Below, in pieces: positions 10,781-23,976 of a stretch of DNA of 64,000 bases (position 1 is its first letter; every line of letters starts with the position of its first letter). Origin of the DNA: Marsupella aquatica (taxonomy: Eukaryota > Plantae > Marchantiophyta); assembly GCA_973895155.1 (NCBI GenBank), contig OZ316892.1:21515619-21579618 (forward strand). Reading direction: 5' to 3'. Position numbers and translations under genes: made by a program. The notes beneath the pieces were generated by a model, which saw only the letters and a list, made by a program, of their open reading frames with translations, was not told the origin of the DNA and did no database searches.

Positions 10781-13280
10781 ACCGTTGGATGTAGTTACCT
10801 CGAGATGATCTCGAGGTAAAGTGACTACAAAAACAAACCAAAAAACCCAAGTGTAGAAGTTTATCCCACAAAACTATGTGATAGAGAAAATAAGAAACTC
10901 TTCTACCTCGAGACGATCTCGAGGTAGAAGAGGGACCAAAAACACCAATATGTAAAAATTCAGAAGTATTTAGCTCGAGATGATCTCGAGGTAGAATATG
11001 AAATCTCACTGAATAGCAAATTCAGATTCTATACCTCCGACTCTCTACAAACTCAATTAGAAGAAGGACAACCGAATGCACCATTAGCTAGAAGGCAAAA
11101 GTTAATAATTTTGAGGATCAAACTTATGACTCGAGATGATCTCGAGCCAAAAAGGACATTGTATTTGACAAAGATACTATTATGAATAATAAGCCACCCA
11201 AAATAAGAACATATAAATGGCTCTAGATGATCTAGAGGAATGATTTGGTGCAATTAAGAAAGTAGGCTCCCAGTTTACTTCCAAACACTGAGAAATAGCT
11301 TCTAAAAGGCCATCAAATAGAGGGAAAAGGCTTCCAAATGGATTTTGACCGACATTAGTATAAGTTGAAAAGGTTTGGTTTTCTAAGAGATAGGAGCTCA
11401 ATTGTTCTAGACCTCCTTCAGAGCTTAAAATGATAATTTCTTGACATATCCTAAACACAAACGTAGAGTCCACAACCCTTAAAAAGAACAATAGAAAGAG
11501 ATTAGAGCAGAAATCTAGAGCCAGAGAGAGGGAGAGGGAGAGGGAGAGAGCAGAGAGAGGCAGAGGGTGAAACGAGCGAGCAGTGAAACAAAATGAGAAG
11601 AATGACCCGCTGGAGAGCAAAGAGAAGCAATATATAAAACCCTGACTGACAAAAAGGCCAATAAGACGGCTTGGTTGAACTTGTGTCACGACTAAACTCG
11701 TGGTAGGGCTGAAGTACGGATAACAATAATGACAACACGTGTGACCGTAATAATGACTGTACGCTCAAACTAGTTTCATGGCAACCTGCATGAGCCCGTG
11801 GCACGCTTGGCACGGCCCTCAAGGCCGACCGCCAAGGGGCTTATAGTGGCTTCTGGGGGTTTGAACTCCCCATTTGCACATTCGCCTCCTTGCCTCCTCG
11901 CCTCCCTCGCCTCCTCTTGCCTCTAGATTTTTTTGCGCTCTTGCCTTGAGATCCTTGTAGTAGCCTCAAGATTAAAGAGGGTCGAGATTAGTTTTTTTCC
12001 TCGAGATTTTATAGGGTCAAGATTTTGTGTTTAGGCTCAAGCTTCGATAGGGTCGAGATTTTCTGTTTAGGCTCGAGATTTGTTTTTAAGTTCTCAGCCC
12101 GTAGTACGTTCCTCTCTTTACCAGCCATGTCTACTGTTGTAGATTTCTCCAAGGAGGACTTTGCTGAGTACAACCTTGCAACCGTTGGGGAAGAGCTTCA
12201 GACCCATCTAGACTCAGCGCATCAGATCCATCGCACCATTAAACGTAATTCATCATCTTTGTTCATTGTTCAGGTTTAACTCAAGATCATCTCGAGCTTC
12301 AATTGGTCCACTTGTTTCTGGATTCTTTGGATACAGTTGAGGCTCGAGATCATCTCAAGCCTATTGATGTTTTCTGCATTACTTTGCTTCAAAAGTTGTG
12401 ATCTATCAATTGATTTTGCATTTGATGTAAGTGGCATGAGGCTCGCGATCGTCTTGAGCCAATATGCATTTCCTGCATGTTACCTTGTCATATTTCTTCA
12501 AGTTGGAAACTCTTATCCTTCAAAATTGAACATCATATCTAAAATATCTAAAATTTCCTTCCTCTAGGGACTTTTGTACCCTCCAACTCATTCTGATCAT
12601 TGACATCCGAACGGGTTTGTGGGTATCAAAAGTCAATGGAGAAAGTGGATTTTAATCATTGATTGAATATGATGTTCATTGTTGAATATGATATTTGGAT
12701 CACTCGTTTGAGATGTTAGGCTCGAGATCGTCTTGAGCCAAATATATTCATCACCATCTTCCATTATGTTCATTCGTATCCCTTGGCCAATTTCTTCCAG
12801 TTGGAAGGACTCCATGTCGTCTACTTCAATTACTAATATCCTATTCAATGTGATCCAAGCTTGCCTTTTGGACCACTTTCTTAGTCCTCCAACTCGTTTG
12901 TGAAGATGACAAACCACTGAGTTAGAGGGTTTTGAATGTGGTCGAATAGGTGACATTGGATCATTCTTGAAAATGTTGTTCGTTAAATTTGACTGGTTTA
13001 TGATATACAATGGAATAAAACCTCAACTGATATATATGAGGATCGAGTTCATATATCATCTCGAGCCCTTGTCTTTTTCTTTTAAATAGATGGTGGCTCG
13101 AGATCATCTCGAGCCTATTGTGGTTCCTAACTATTGTGTTATCTTTTTAGATTTATTGGGGTTGAAATCTCTTTTTAAATTCCCCGGATGAAATGTGGCA
13201 TTGGAACATGTCAGACTATAGTGCATAAAACCGTCAACTCAACTGTCCTAAAAATGAAGGAAGATCGAGATCGTCTCAAG
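9757..13280. repeat. Cluster of 17-bp spaced palindromes CTCGAGA-N3-TCTCGAG
   Basis: Full or near-full copies at 9757, 10799, 10907, 10974, 11130, 11221, 12280, 12343, 12442, 12721, 13097 and 13264, plus half-sites at 11980-12080. Confidence 0.9.
11522..11570. repeat. GA-rich microsatellite in the divergent promoter region of element B
   Basis: gagagagggagagggagagggagagagcagagagagg. Confidence 0.8.
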
Positions 13281-14299
13281 CCACCTATTTGTTTCATGGT
13301 TTGTGGTACATGTTTATGACAATTGCTACATTTTGGCTGTAACAGGTGCGAAATTGGGATCGCCTAATTTGGTAGTCGAAGATGAACATGCAATTGAGGT
13401 TTCCTGCCCTGGACAAGGTCAATTTGGATTCTGTTGGGCCATTGAGCTTGCTGAACTGAAGACATGGAAGGAACTATTATTTGTGTGAAGACGAGGTCTC
13501 CATCAGTCGATCCTCTAGTGTGCAGCCTACTAGGGCCTGTTGTTTCTATTGTGACGAGTAACGGTAAGGACATGGTTTTGACGGTGGAGAACCACAAGAC
13601 AGGGAAGTGGGCTCTAATTAGACTTCACGCCAAAAACTACTCTTGCGATCTTAACATTGAACGTGCAGCCAGGAAACAATTGAGCGTGATATCAATGGGG
13701 TTCTTCCCCGAGGGTTTTACTACAAGTAATTTGCTAGAAGATACTCCTATATCTGGAGCCGACATAATTTTTGGATTCCTTTATTGTCGAAAGTATGGGT
13801 TTGATCGTGATGATGCATTCACAACTCCTTTCACGTGGAAGGTTTTGAGACTAATGTCGGAATCCAAATTGGGGGAGTTTGAATCCATATCCCCTGATTT
13901 TGTGTTTGGAGCCGGAGAATTTGACGAGGATGCTTGTAAAAAGTGGGTGTTGTCTCATTGGAGACAAACAAGAAAATTGAAATCTGTAGCTACGGGAGAC
14001 AAGACATCCGGTTTGGACAAAAAGGAAGCAAAGGTGTCTCAAAAGAGGAAGAGGGTTGAGAAACTCGAAAGCAAAGCGAAGAAGGCTCCAGCTCCAAAAA
14101 AGTCCGTGCCGCCCAAGGTAGATCTCATTCCGGCATCTTCCTCGGGTGTGATTGCACATACCGATGATGATGGCACTCCAGGAGATGCTTCAAGAGAAAA
14201 AAGCGTTAAAGAAGGAGCCAAAGTTCTTAAGGAGATTGAGGAGTATTACACATTTGGCATGAATGAAACTTTTGACATTCCTGTCACTAGTATAGATTC
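12128..14299 (+). pseudogene. 5' half of the element B ParB-MTase cargo gene (N-terminal region, Lys-rich linker, start of ParB-like domain)
   Basis: Putative first exon at 12128 (MSTVVDFSKEDF...IKR/gt), acceptor near 13345, ORF 13464-14306 ending EEYYTFGMNETFDIPVTSIDS. It joins in frame to 26058 across a duplicated ATTC. The upstream exon structure is tentative. Confidence 0.6.
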
Positions 14300-15430
14300 G
14301 CTATAGCAAGATGAAAAAGAGATAAATGACTATTTACTCCTTAATAACTCGATTTCGTTCCCGTTAGGAGTGGATAAGATCGAAAAGACTAAATTGACAC
14401 AATTTGAGAAGTTTACACCAACATTCTTAGGTTGGAGAGATTTCTAATGATCTCCTTAACATAAGTGTTTAACCACAAACTCAAGTGAGTAATCCTTAGG
14501 ATTCACAGTGCAATAATAAAGACTAGAATTAACAAAGATTGAAACTAGAGAGAGTAGGTAGGAGGTTTCAAAGCGCAAGGAAATTGAATTCCGACCATCA
14601 CCACTCTTTCAATAAGGATTATGGCCTAATTTAAGATTCGGAAATCAACATTGTATATGCTTTTTGATTTCTCATAGAAACTCTTCTCCATCTCTTGAAT
14701 TTAGAAGACAACAATGTAAATCAACCCGGGACACTTTTCTGGTCTTACTTAAGACGGTACTAGGATACTCGAATTGGTTTACTTCTCCTACTATCCTTAA
14801 GATTGCTTATTTGAGTTTCACATAAATTCCAATTTCTCTTTGGTGAATCTTCTATATGAATTGGTCACAGACCTTGCTGATCTTCCAATATCATCATAGG
14901 CACACGCTAGTATTCATTGAATATTGCACAATAACTCAAAGGGTTGCTAATCTTGAAACTTCTCTTTACTTAACCATGGTAAAAAGAAGGGAAGATAAGA
15001 CATAGATTTCTCCAAAATCAAAATGGGGAAATCAAATGCATCTCTCTCTCCCGGGGTTGACTTTGGGTTCTCCTCCTTTTGTACTAAAAGTGGAGATTAT
15101 GAAAATACATGCCTCTTCAAAACCCAAGTCTAAAGAAATATGTAAATAAAAGTGAACTATCCTAGTCAAAAATGGAGTAGAGTCTCCAATGGATACACCA
15201 ACAAAATACTGGAGTCTACTTACTCATATACTAGTCTATATAGTTATTTCTAAGTCTAAACTAATGTGGCTCTAACTCTCTAAATATAACTCTATTCTGG
15301 TCCTAGCTTTTGGGAAGGAACCTCCTCAGGGTTAGCCATGGCAAGGGGTTCTGGTCGAAGGACTCCCTGCTGGCCAGTGGTAAAAGGGATGGACGGGTCA
15401 ATATCCATGTTCTCCTGATGGGCACTTGGG

Positions 15431-15952
15431 TCATGAGAATAAGTGTACGTAAGAATGGGAGTGGAAGTGTGTACTGGGAGTGGGGAAACCAGGAGGGTTG
15501 AGGGGTGATGAGGGGCCAGTGGAATAGACTCCTTCATGAGGACTAGGAGAGAAAGATCTGGTAGTAAAGGCAGGAATCTCAGTATCAGCTAATAGCTCCT
15601 CTGTAGTCAAGTCACTCATCTCCCTTAAGGCTTCACAGGTCTTTGAGAGACCCGTAAGTGCATCATCCACCCTGGCACTCACATCTACCACTAAATGGTT
15701 AATCTTGGAGAAAAGGATGGGTGTGGTGTTTTTGGCCAAATACTCATCATAAATTTGGGTCTTAAGAAGATCCAGAGAAGCTATCTTAGTCAAAGGTTCA
15801 ATCAGATCCAAAGATTGAGTGATACTGAGTTGGAGAGTATGAACAAGAAGCCTTAAGGGATGAGTCCAAAGCCTTATTTCTCTTTTCAAAATCTTCATGA
15901 TATTAAAAAGTGTATACCAAAAAACCACCAAAAAATGGTATATATTTTCCAA
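15431..15952 (-). other. ORF of unknown function in the AT-rich left arm of the insertion
   Basis: 173 aa, helical-looking, no recognisable motif; possibly retroelement-derived. Confidence 0.25.
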
Positions 15953-16162
15953 ACTAGACTCAAGAGAATTTTACCACCAAAATCTAAGCATATCTTATAT
16001 GATATTCTCACAATTGTATAAACCTTGAAATATGCACTTTATAAAAGTAATCAAAATCAAACTCATCGATCAGAGTTTAAGTCAAACTCAAAGTTTTACA
16101 AAATATAACCCAACTTAAGCCCAAGTGGTTTCAAATGCTACGAGTCCCTCTATTTATCTAGT

Positions 16163-19100
16163 CTAATCCAAAGGGACCGCTTCCCCTTCGTCGGTTCCGG
16201 AAGTCCCTGTCGTCAATTCTGGAACAATTGTGGCATCGTCAACCACACTATCCTCTCCGGCCTGAGGAATGTCTTCCTCACTCTCCTCATCCATCTCCCC
16301 CTGTCCGTCTTCCTCTTCAATGTTATCTGCAAGGTTAAGAATCCTCCCTTTCAACACACTGCTCTGTCGCTCGTCAATCTCAATGGCAACGCAATGTCTC
16401 CCCATGGCCAAGGAGGAGGTTGTCCCAGTCCCTGATCCTGAACAAATATCCAAAACCCAGTCTCCAACCTGACTAAAATGACTCACTTCCCAATCTAACA
16501 ATGCACGTGGTTTCTGATAAACATTCACTGCCTTGTTATCCCCGTTGTGTTTCAGCTTCTTAGTCACAGCTGCGCATACAACCACATTGTTCCTTGATTC
16601 ATTTGTGTCAAAATTGAAGTGCTCCAATGACCGTTTACCATCCTGGCTGTGAAAGCCAATTGTAAAGCACTCAAAGTTGCTGTTCAATCTTGGTCCACCA
16701 GCATTCTTCACATTATCCTTAACCCTGAAAAGTCACAAAAAGTCAAGGAGTTATTTAAACTGAGAAACATGGTTCATGAAATCATGAATAACTAATAGTT
16801 GTTTTTTTCAAAAACAAATATTTCTTACCACACACAATTCTGGAACCCTCCATTACACTCCGCTTTCAAAACGGTCTTGATGGCCTCATATTGGTCAAGG
16901 CTGTGGTGAATGATAATACGCCACAACTTTGCAGTAGTAGCCACCTTGAACGATTGGACCATTTTTGTGATCTCCTCAGTTCCCCATCCAATAGTGTCTT
17001 CATGAAGACATCCAGGCAATGCAAACCCGTAGGGAATATCCACTAAAGCTAATGTGTAAGCCCGACCCGGAACCACCTCATGTAATCGCTGAGCATCATG
17101 AGTAAAAATATCATAGTGCACATCACCAAACTCTGGATGCTCAAACGAATTTGGATGAAGTTCCCCCTCTTGGGTTTGCCGACTAGAAGTCTTCATGGAT
17201 AGCCAATTTTGGGCTTGCACAATATGCGCATTGAATTTGTCCGGGAATGACTTGAGATCTTTGCCTTCCTCATCTCCCTTCTTTTTCCGGGAGGTGGTAT
17301 CTTTCTACAAAAAGGAACTGTAGAATTAGAAACAAGGATTCCAAATATTAAATGAATTCAAACAATCATTCGAAGAAAGGTGACAGAATCTTACCCATGT
17401 CTGGAAAACAGGTACAAAATTCTTAAGCACATTGTCTGTGCAATGCTCAGGGTACTTGGTTTTACAACCTGACCAACTCTCCTCGTGTAGACACGTGAGG
17501 AAGGCCTTCTGCACCTGCATCTGAAATTTGTGTCGAGTAAATTCGTGACCCATTTCCTGTAAAGAGAGTTCTTTAGTAAGAACTCTCTGTAACACTGGGC
17601 AAATCATATCAGGATCTTTCAAGGCCTGCATGTGTCTCCACTCTGTTAATTTCATGTCCTCATAAGGCAATTTGGCATCTCCAGACTTAGAGACTTTCTT
17701 CTTGCCTTTGTCTCCTTTTTGACCTTTGATCTCACACATCTCCCACTTGTCACAAATCCGCCTCACAAATGACCACACAGGATCTTGTCGGAATGCCAAC
17801 TGAAATAGGTTATCATTGGCATTAAGAACCTCAGCATCCTTTCGTACACCCCAATCCTTGAGATTGATTTCAGTAGCACACTCTTTCTTGAAATCCTGGT
17901 TGGACGACAATCCATTCTCAACAAATCTCATGTGAATATAATTTACTCTCTGGATTGTCGTCATCTGTTGTCGAAATTCAGAATCAATATTGTGACTCCA
18001 CGCAAGGTTTCTTGCCTCTTGCACACTCAATCCCGCAAATATCCAAGATTGCACTCTCCGAAATGCCTTGTTGTTAGGGAACTGAAGAGCAAGGTCTGCT
18101 TTGGCACAGGCTGAATGGTTGCCCCCAATCACATAATAATGGTAATCAGCTTTCCTTGAAAAATCAAAGTCTTGCCTAGTAGCACACTCCTTCGGATCCA
18201 CCAAGAGGACAAACGGAGCTGCAAGTGGACTGGCACCTACAGTCTTCATCCGCAAGGTCAATTGGGTCAAGAAATATGGTTGGATGTGTCGGACCTGGTA
18301 AATGGGCAAGCCCACAGCCTTCTCTCTCACTGGAGGGTAAAGTTGACCAATGTTAACGGTCACGGTCTCCTCTTGAACACCACATCTTCCCAGAATCTCC
18401 TCCTGGTACAATACCCGTGCATCCATTGACATTGATTGAGCCTTTTGCTCCAAATGCGTTGGAATTTTCTCCAAAGTCTTCTTTTTGGACTTTGTAGCAC
18501 TGGGCTCGGTAGGCTCAGGAGTCATAGCAGGTCGCTTCTTTGAAGAAATGCGAGTTCCAGTCGTACCTTGTGCCGACCCACCAGTCAAAGCCGTTCCCTG
18601 GGATGATCTGCCAACTTGAGATCCCCCTCCAGATGCTGCTGCTTCCCGGGAGGTTGTAGGCGCTACCACGGTCAAAATATCATCGGGTAAAATGCTAGGC
18701 CTCGATCCAGAAGGAACACCGGAAGCCCCAGATTTGGGTGGACGACTTACTCCCTTCTCTGCCGACCTTTTCCGGAGAATCTCTCTTGATTTTCGGATTG
18801 CACTCTTTAAAGTGCTAGCGTGAAATTCAAACACAAAACCGGAAATCTTTCCCGCGACGTCGTGGTAACGTTCCTCACTCAAAAGAGACTTGACAGTCTC
18901 AATGATGCTATCGATGTCCTCATCGAGATAGCAGGTGGCAGCCGTTCCAGAAAACCTCTCCACATCCACGACAATCAAAGTTGATGTTTCCTTCGTTGTG
19001 ATCAACATGTTCACAACTTCGTCGCCCCGTTGAAATACATCGATGCGGCCGTAATTTACCCACCCTAATGCCCCCGATGGAAGCCCCTCAAATACACACA

Positions 19101-19224
19101 GCATTAGGAAGGGCTTCTTCCATGTTTCCGTCCCTAAGGAAATCGTCCAGGATGAGTTGTGGAAGTCCGTCAAAGGATGGCGCGAAAAGATGTCATCCAC
19201 CAGCTCTTCCTGCGACATTGTCAT
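16163..19224 (-). CDS. ParB/Srx-like domain plus beta-class N6A/N4C DNA methyltransferase fusion; 3 exons, 955 aa, apparently intact
   Basis: Exons 19224-17395, 17304-16829 and 16724-16163 with GT-AG introns of 90 and 104 bp splice in frame (2868 nt). ParB-like motif YYVIGGNHSACA. MTase motifs in beta order: LALVDIPYG (IV), CVWVK...NFE, VNVYQKPRALL, GDWVLDICSGSGT (I), GRHCVAIEID. Confidence 0.85.
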
Positions 19225-19388
19225 GTTTTTGCCTGATCTTCAAACCTGAGAACATACCACAAAATCAGTCCACTTCAACCCCAACCTGCGAGACAAAGTG
19301 CCACAGAACCAAGGAATGTGCCAACAAATGGCTACTAAAACCGTGTCCTTACGGATCTAACAACGCTCTCGGCCACCCCAGGACTCCT

Positions 19389-19496
19389 ATCATGAATTCA
19401 TGAAGGGAGTCTCCCTCTCGCTCCGACCTTCATGAATTCATGAAGGGAGTCTCCCTCTCGCTCCGACCTTCATGAATTCATGAAGGGAGTCTCCTC
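19389..19496. repeat. 40-bp tandem repeat (about 2.6 copies) carrying palindrome TTCATGAATTCATGAA in the divergent promoter of unit A
   Basis: catgaattcatgaagggagtctccctctcgctccgacctt at 19391, 19431 and partially at 19471. Confidence 0.9.
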
Positions 19497-20043
19497 TCTC
19501 TTTGCTTGTACACCTCGGTGATGCAGAAGGGTATTTAAAATAGGGTTCGGAGGGGGGTGACGTGAAGAAATCACCCAGGGCCTAAATTACTACCTAAAAC
19601 AGGGTCGAAATGAAGTGCGACCGCGACAACTCGCGACACGTCGCCGATGAGTGCTGAAAATGGCACGAAATTGGATAGCGAGATTGTTTTTCACTCTTTT
19701 ACAAAGGAAATCCAAATGACATTGAGTGAAAATGAATGGGCTGCCCCGTGTTCCTTGGTTATACATACTAATCACGGATCAGGCGCGACTTAGTAAAATT
19801 AACCCAGAATCATGATAAATCAATGTTTTTGGGCCAATTATTCATGAATATTTCGGGGTATTAACGGGAAAAAGCTTGCAAATTTCATGAATATTTGATA
19901 TTTTTGAAGTTAAAAAGTCCCAACAATCCGTGAAAAACTATAAATAGGCTCGTTTATTCATGACTCTTGGTCATTATTTTGAGAACATTTGTTAGATTTT
20001 ACTGATTTTCTGAGTTTCCTGTCAATTTGCACTAGTTTTTCTA

Positions 20044-23000
20044 ATGGCGGCGTGTTACGAATCAGATGATTATTCAGATGGAGTTTCTGATGATGTTTCA
20101 TTGCCGGATGGCCCCTGCACAGTGGTTGGCCCAGATATCCCTGGAATAACTACTGTTTTAGATATGCCACCCCCCACCCCTATGAGCAAGTTAAAACGTA
20201 GTCCTTTACGACTTGCAATTAGTGGGAAGAAATCATTGGTCGGTGGTAAAGAGAGGTTAGGGAGCTCCTCTGACTCCTTGGAGAGTATTGGTCCCCCTGG
20301 ACGTCAAGTTGTATCTCCTTTGTCACCAACAAAGGACAAATTGGGGAGTAATCTGGAAGGTTCAATGCCTATTTGGATGTCTGGGAAACGGTCTCATGAA
20401 TTCATGAAGACTGGATTTGGAAAGACGAAGAAGGCACTAAGTGGGGAAAATGACAGAGATTTTTGCAGTCTGCAAAGTGTTCAGCGGCTGAAGCAAATGC
20501 CAAAAAGTAAAACCTTTGGTAAGCCAACGTCGGAAACATTTCACAGGGGGATGAGGGAAGAAACTAGACGACCAGTGTTATTGAAAAGTATTCCAGAAAA
20601 GAATTCTAATGTGCGTTCCTCAGTTTTACCTAGGAGTCATGGTGTTGGGGCAGGGAGCGGATCAAGTCACGGAAACTCAAACAGGGAAACCAACCTGGTG
20701 GAGAGGGACCCTAGGAAAATATTGAAAGGGTCCCTACACGGTAATGGAGGGATTTCTGAAATACGCCCAGGTATTCCAAGGGTGCATAGAGTGAAGGAAG
20801 AGCCTCCATCTCCGAAGGCTGCAGGTCTGGAATCTAGGCATGTTCAGAAGCAAATGTTGGTGACCATTTCATCATCGAATGAAAGCGAGTCTTCGGAGAG
20901 TGGGGAGGATGATGATGTTCCGGTGGCATCTAGTCGTTACAAACGTACGAGCAACGCCACTTTGTGTGAAACAAAGTTGAAAGAGGAGGATATCAAGAAA
21001 ACAAATAGTAAGTACTGTTGTCAGAGTCATTGTCTCCTAAGTCTATCTCCAAAAGAAATTCGTGAGGCCCGTTCTAAATTTTTGAGGCAGAAATCTCAGG
21101 ATCGATCTTTATCTTTGCAGTGGCTTATAAAGCGAGACGGAAATGAAGGAGGGAGGCAGACTATATCTTACACGTTTGGTCAAAAGAGTATTTGTCGGAA
21201 AGCTTTCAAGCTTATATTTTGCGTTGGCAATCATAGATTAAATAGAATTTTGAAATTAGACAACCAAGACTTAGGATATTCTAAACCAGTTGGACGCCCT
21301 CCATCTGTTAAAAGATTAGTCTTGGTCAGTTGGCTTAGGTCGTTTTTTGAGACACGCGTGGAAACATTGCCAAATAAAGAAGTTTCACATTTACCGGATA
21401 ATTATTCAAAGCTGGAGGTATGGAAGATCTACGACTCCAACTATGCCAAGATTGATGAATCTTCAAAAATATCCTATTGACAATTCTTGAAAGTTTGGGT
21501 TCAAGAATTTGGTCATGTGAAGATTCCTCCAGTCAATCGATTCAGTGCTTGCGCGGATTGCGAGGAGTTCAAATCAATTCGGGACAAAGCTGTCTCGGAG
21601 ACCGAAAAGAGTAAGTTGCTTACAAGTTTGACAAGTTTTTGTTTCAAGAATATGGCTTAACACATGATTTCTAATTCTTTTTGAAGAAACTAACAAGTTG
21701 TTTTTCCAGGGCGAGGGGAAATTATGTTACAAAAACATAGAGACCAACAATCCAAAGAACGTGAGAAACTCGCGAAGCATCGTAAGAAATGTTTTTCAAA
21801 TTCTGATAAATATTTGGGAGTTGTCATTGATGGGATGGATCAGAAGAAGACAAGGTTGCCTCATTGGCCGCGGCCCCCAAAATCGGTGGACGAAACATGT
21901 TTGATCCAAATGCACGTTGTCGGATGCCTGGTTTTCAATGGTGCACTATTTTCAAGAGTGTTTCTTAATTATCCTGTATTGCATAATGATGGAAACTTGA
22001 CAGTCACAATCCTGCAAAGGGTGTTTCACGAATGGGAAGAAAAGCCTGGTGGCTTGCCGCCTGTTCTCTATCTTCAACTTGATAATACCAGTAGAGAAAA
22101 TAAAAATAATTTACTCTTTGCCTATCTTCATATGTTGATTCGAAGAAAGGTTTTTCGGAAAATCAAACTAGGATTCTTGTTGGTTGGACACACACACGAC
22201 CAAATAGATCAAATGTTCAGTCGATTTTCTAAACGACTAGCAAGGTTTAAGGCATTCACATACGAAAGCCTATGTGATATTATTTGTGAATCATATCAAC
22301 CCCAACCAAATATCGCTCTTTTAAAGGAAACATATGATTTCCGTCAATATGCCTTCTCAGATCCACCTTTAGTCATTGAAAGGATTCGAAATGTTACCTT
22401 CCACCACCAGTACAAATTTGCATTTGACAAGTTGGAAAATCAAGTTCCAACCCAATGGGGGAAGAAGTTTTCCACGGACTCAACTTGGAAACCTGACGGA
22501 GGCGTGAAATTTTTGAGGGAAGAGGAGCCAGAAAAGGTGATGGGTTGTGCTCCCGGATTACCCCTTTTCAAAAAGGGGGATAAGAACGTTACAAGGACTC
22601 AACCAAATATGTCTAGTTCTTCAAGAATGACTTTGAAGGAGATGGATGATTCGTTAAATGAGATTCAAAAGGGAATACTTGCAGTTGAAACTTTATTCTC
22701 AGAAGAGGAAGTGAACTGGTGGAGAATGTTTTTTGAAGAGCAACGGGAATTGAATAAATCTTTGCTCCTTGATCAAAGACCATTGATTTTCCCTTTTCAA
22801 TGGCCACGCTCCCAAAGGGAGATTGCTGTTGCTGCTGAAGTTCCCAGAGTCCTTGTCAATGAAGAGGAAATTGAAGAGAGAGTATACGGACCTACCAGAG
22901 ATATATACGTGGGTCCTTATCGGAATCAAGGAAAGATAGATGCAGAGAAGGAGAATATGGAAGGAGACTTTTCGGATCTTGAAGTCAACACTTATATTTC

Positions 23001-23442
23001 TGTTGCTGGAGAAGAATCGGAAACATTTTGGGTGGCCAAGGTGGAAAGAATTGACCAGCGCGACGAGTTCAACATTCCAAAAATGATTTATGTTTTATGG
23101 CATGCTCCAAAAACCGGGTCAGATCCTTGGAAAGCCAAGTACTTACCAGAAGTCTTAAACTACGAAAAGAAGAAAAGTGGTCGTGGGAAAGGAACTTTGA
23201 AACCAATATGGTTTCACCAAGAGCTTGATTTATCTTCAACGACTGTTTTTGCTTACAACTTCATGTTGACAAAATCTGATACATTGTACAAAAAGACAGT
23301 AGATCGAATCAAAATCCGATTGACTGAATTTTTGGCAGAAGAGAAAGAGCAAGAACAAGAGAATGGATCAACTAGAACCCCGCTAGGAGATAAATCTAGG
23401 GATATTTCGTTTCAAGAATTGAGAACTTCTGGATCTGAGTAA
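20044..23442 (+). pseudogene. Transposase A (GHTH-type, DUF7869-like), 2 exons, about 1099 codons with one premature TGA; C-terminal SH3/Tudor/BAH-like region
   Basis: ORF 20044-21480 reads through TGA into FSACADCEEF; intron 21611-21709 joins it in frame to ORF 21724-23442. Motifs CCQSHC, ICRKAF, VIDGMDQKKT, YLQLDNTSRENKN, FLLVGHTHDQIDQMFS are colinear with transposase B. Confidence 0.8.
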
Positions 23443-23976
23443 TGAAAAGTAGTTATTGTTTATGACATTACCATTGAAAAACATGGATAACTTGAAAATT
23501 TACAAATTTTCAAAATGCCTTTACCACTTATTCATGAATTCATGGTTAAAGTTTCTTGAGAAATTTGTAGTTTAATATTATCTTAGTGGGTTGTGTTTCA
23601 ATTCAATTAGATGGTGTCATTTCTATTCTCCTTGTCTTCTTTTCACAATAATGTGTATCAGGTTAAGTTGTAGTAATTTATTTTCTGGTTTTTAAATGAC
23701 AATGGCTTTTGGAGGTGATTTAGTTGTTGTTTCAAAAGACACCTCGTGTAATTGTGAGACCATTGTAGATAATAGTGTTGTATTTGAGATCATTTATTGG
23801 TGGAATGTAACTTCAGATGAATTTGGTCATTTTTAGGTGTCAAAACATAGCTAGTTTATGTCATATTTTGTTCGCTCCATATTTTTGCTCTAAAATAGGT
23901 GCTAATTTTTGCACTTTTTTAGACTTTTTCGTTGTTTTTCTGATTTTTTGGCTAGAGTTCCTAAAGTATGGGCTTG

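Noticed and set aside
10799-13280. Palindromic repeats read as a CRISPR array
   Set aside because: 17-bp unit, spacing varies from about 60 to over 1000 bp, no cas genes, eukaryotic intron context.
16163-19224. Bacterial or phage contaminant explaining the ParB-methyltransferase
   Set aside because: Two GT-AG introns are needed to build the frame and the gene is embedded among plant transposons.
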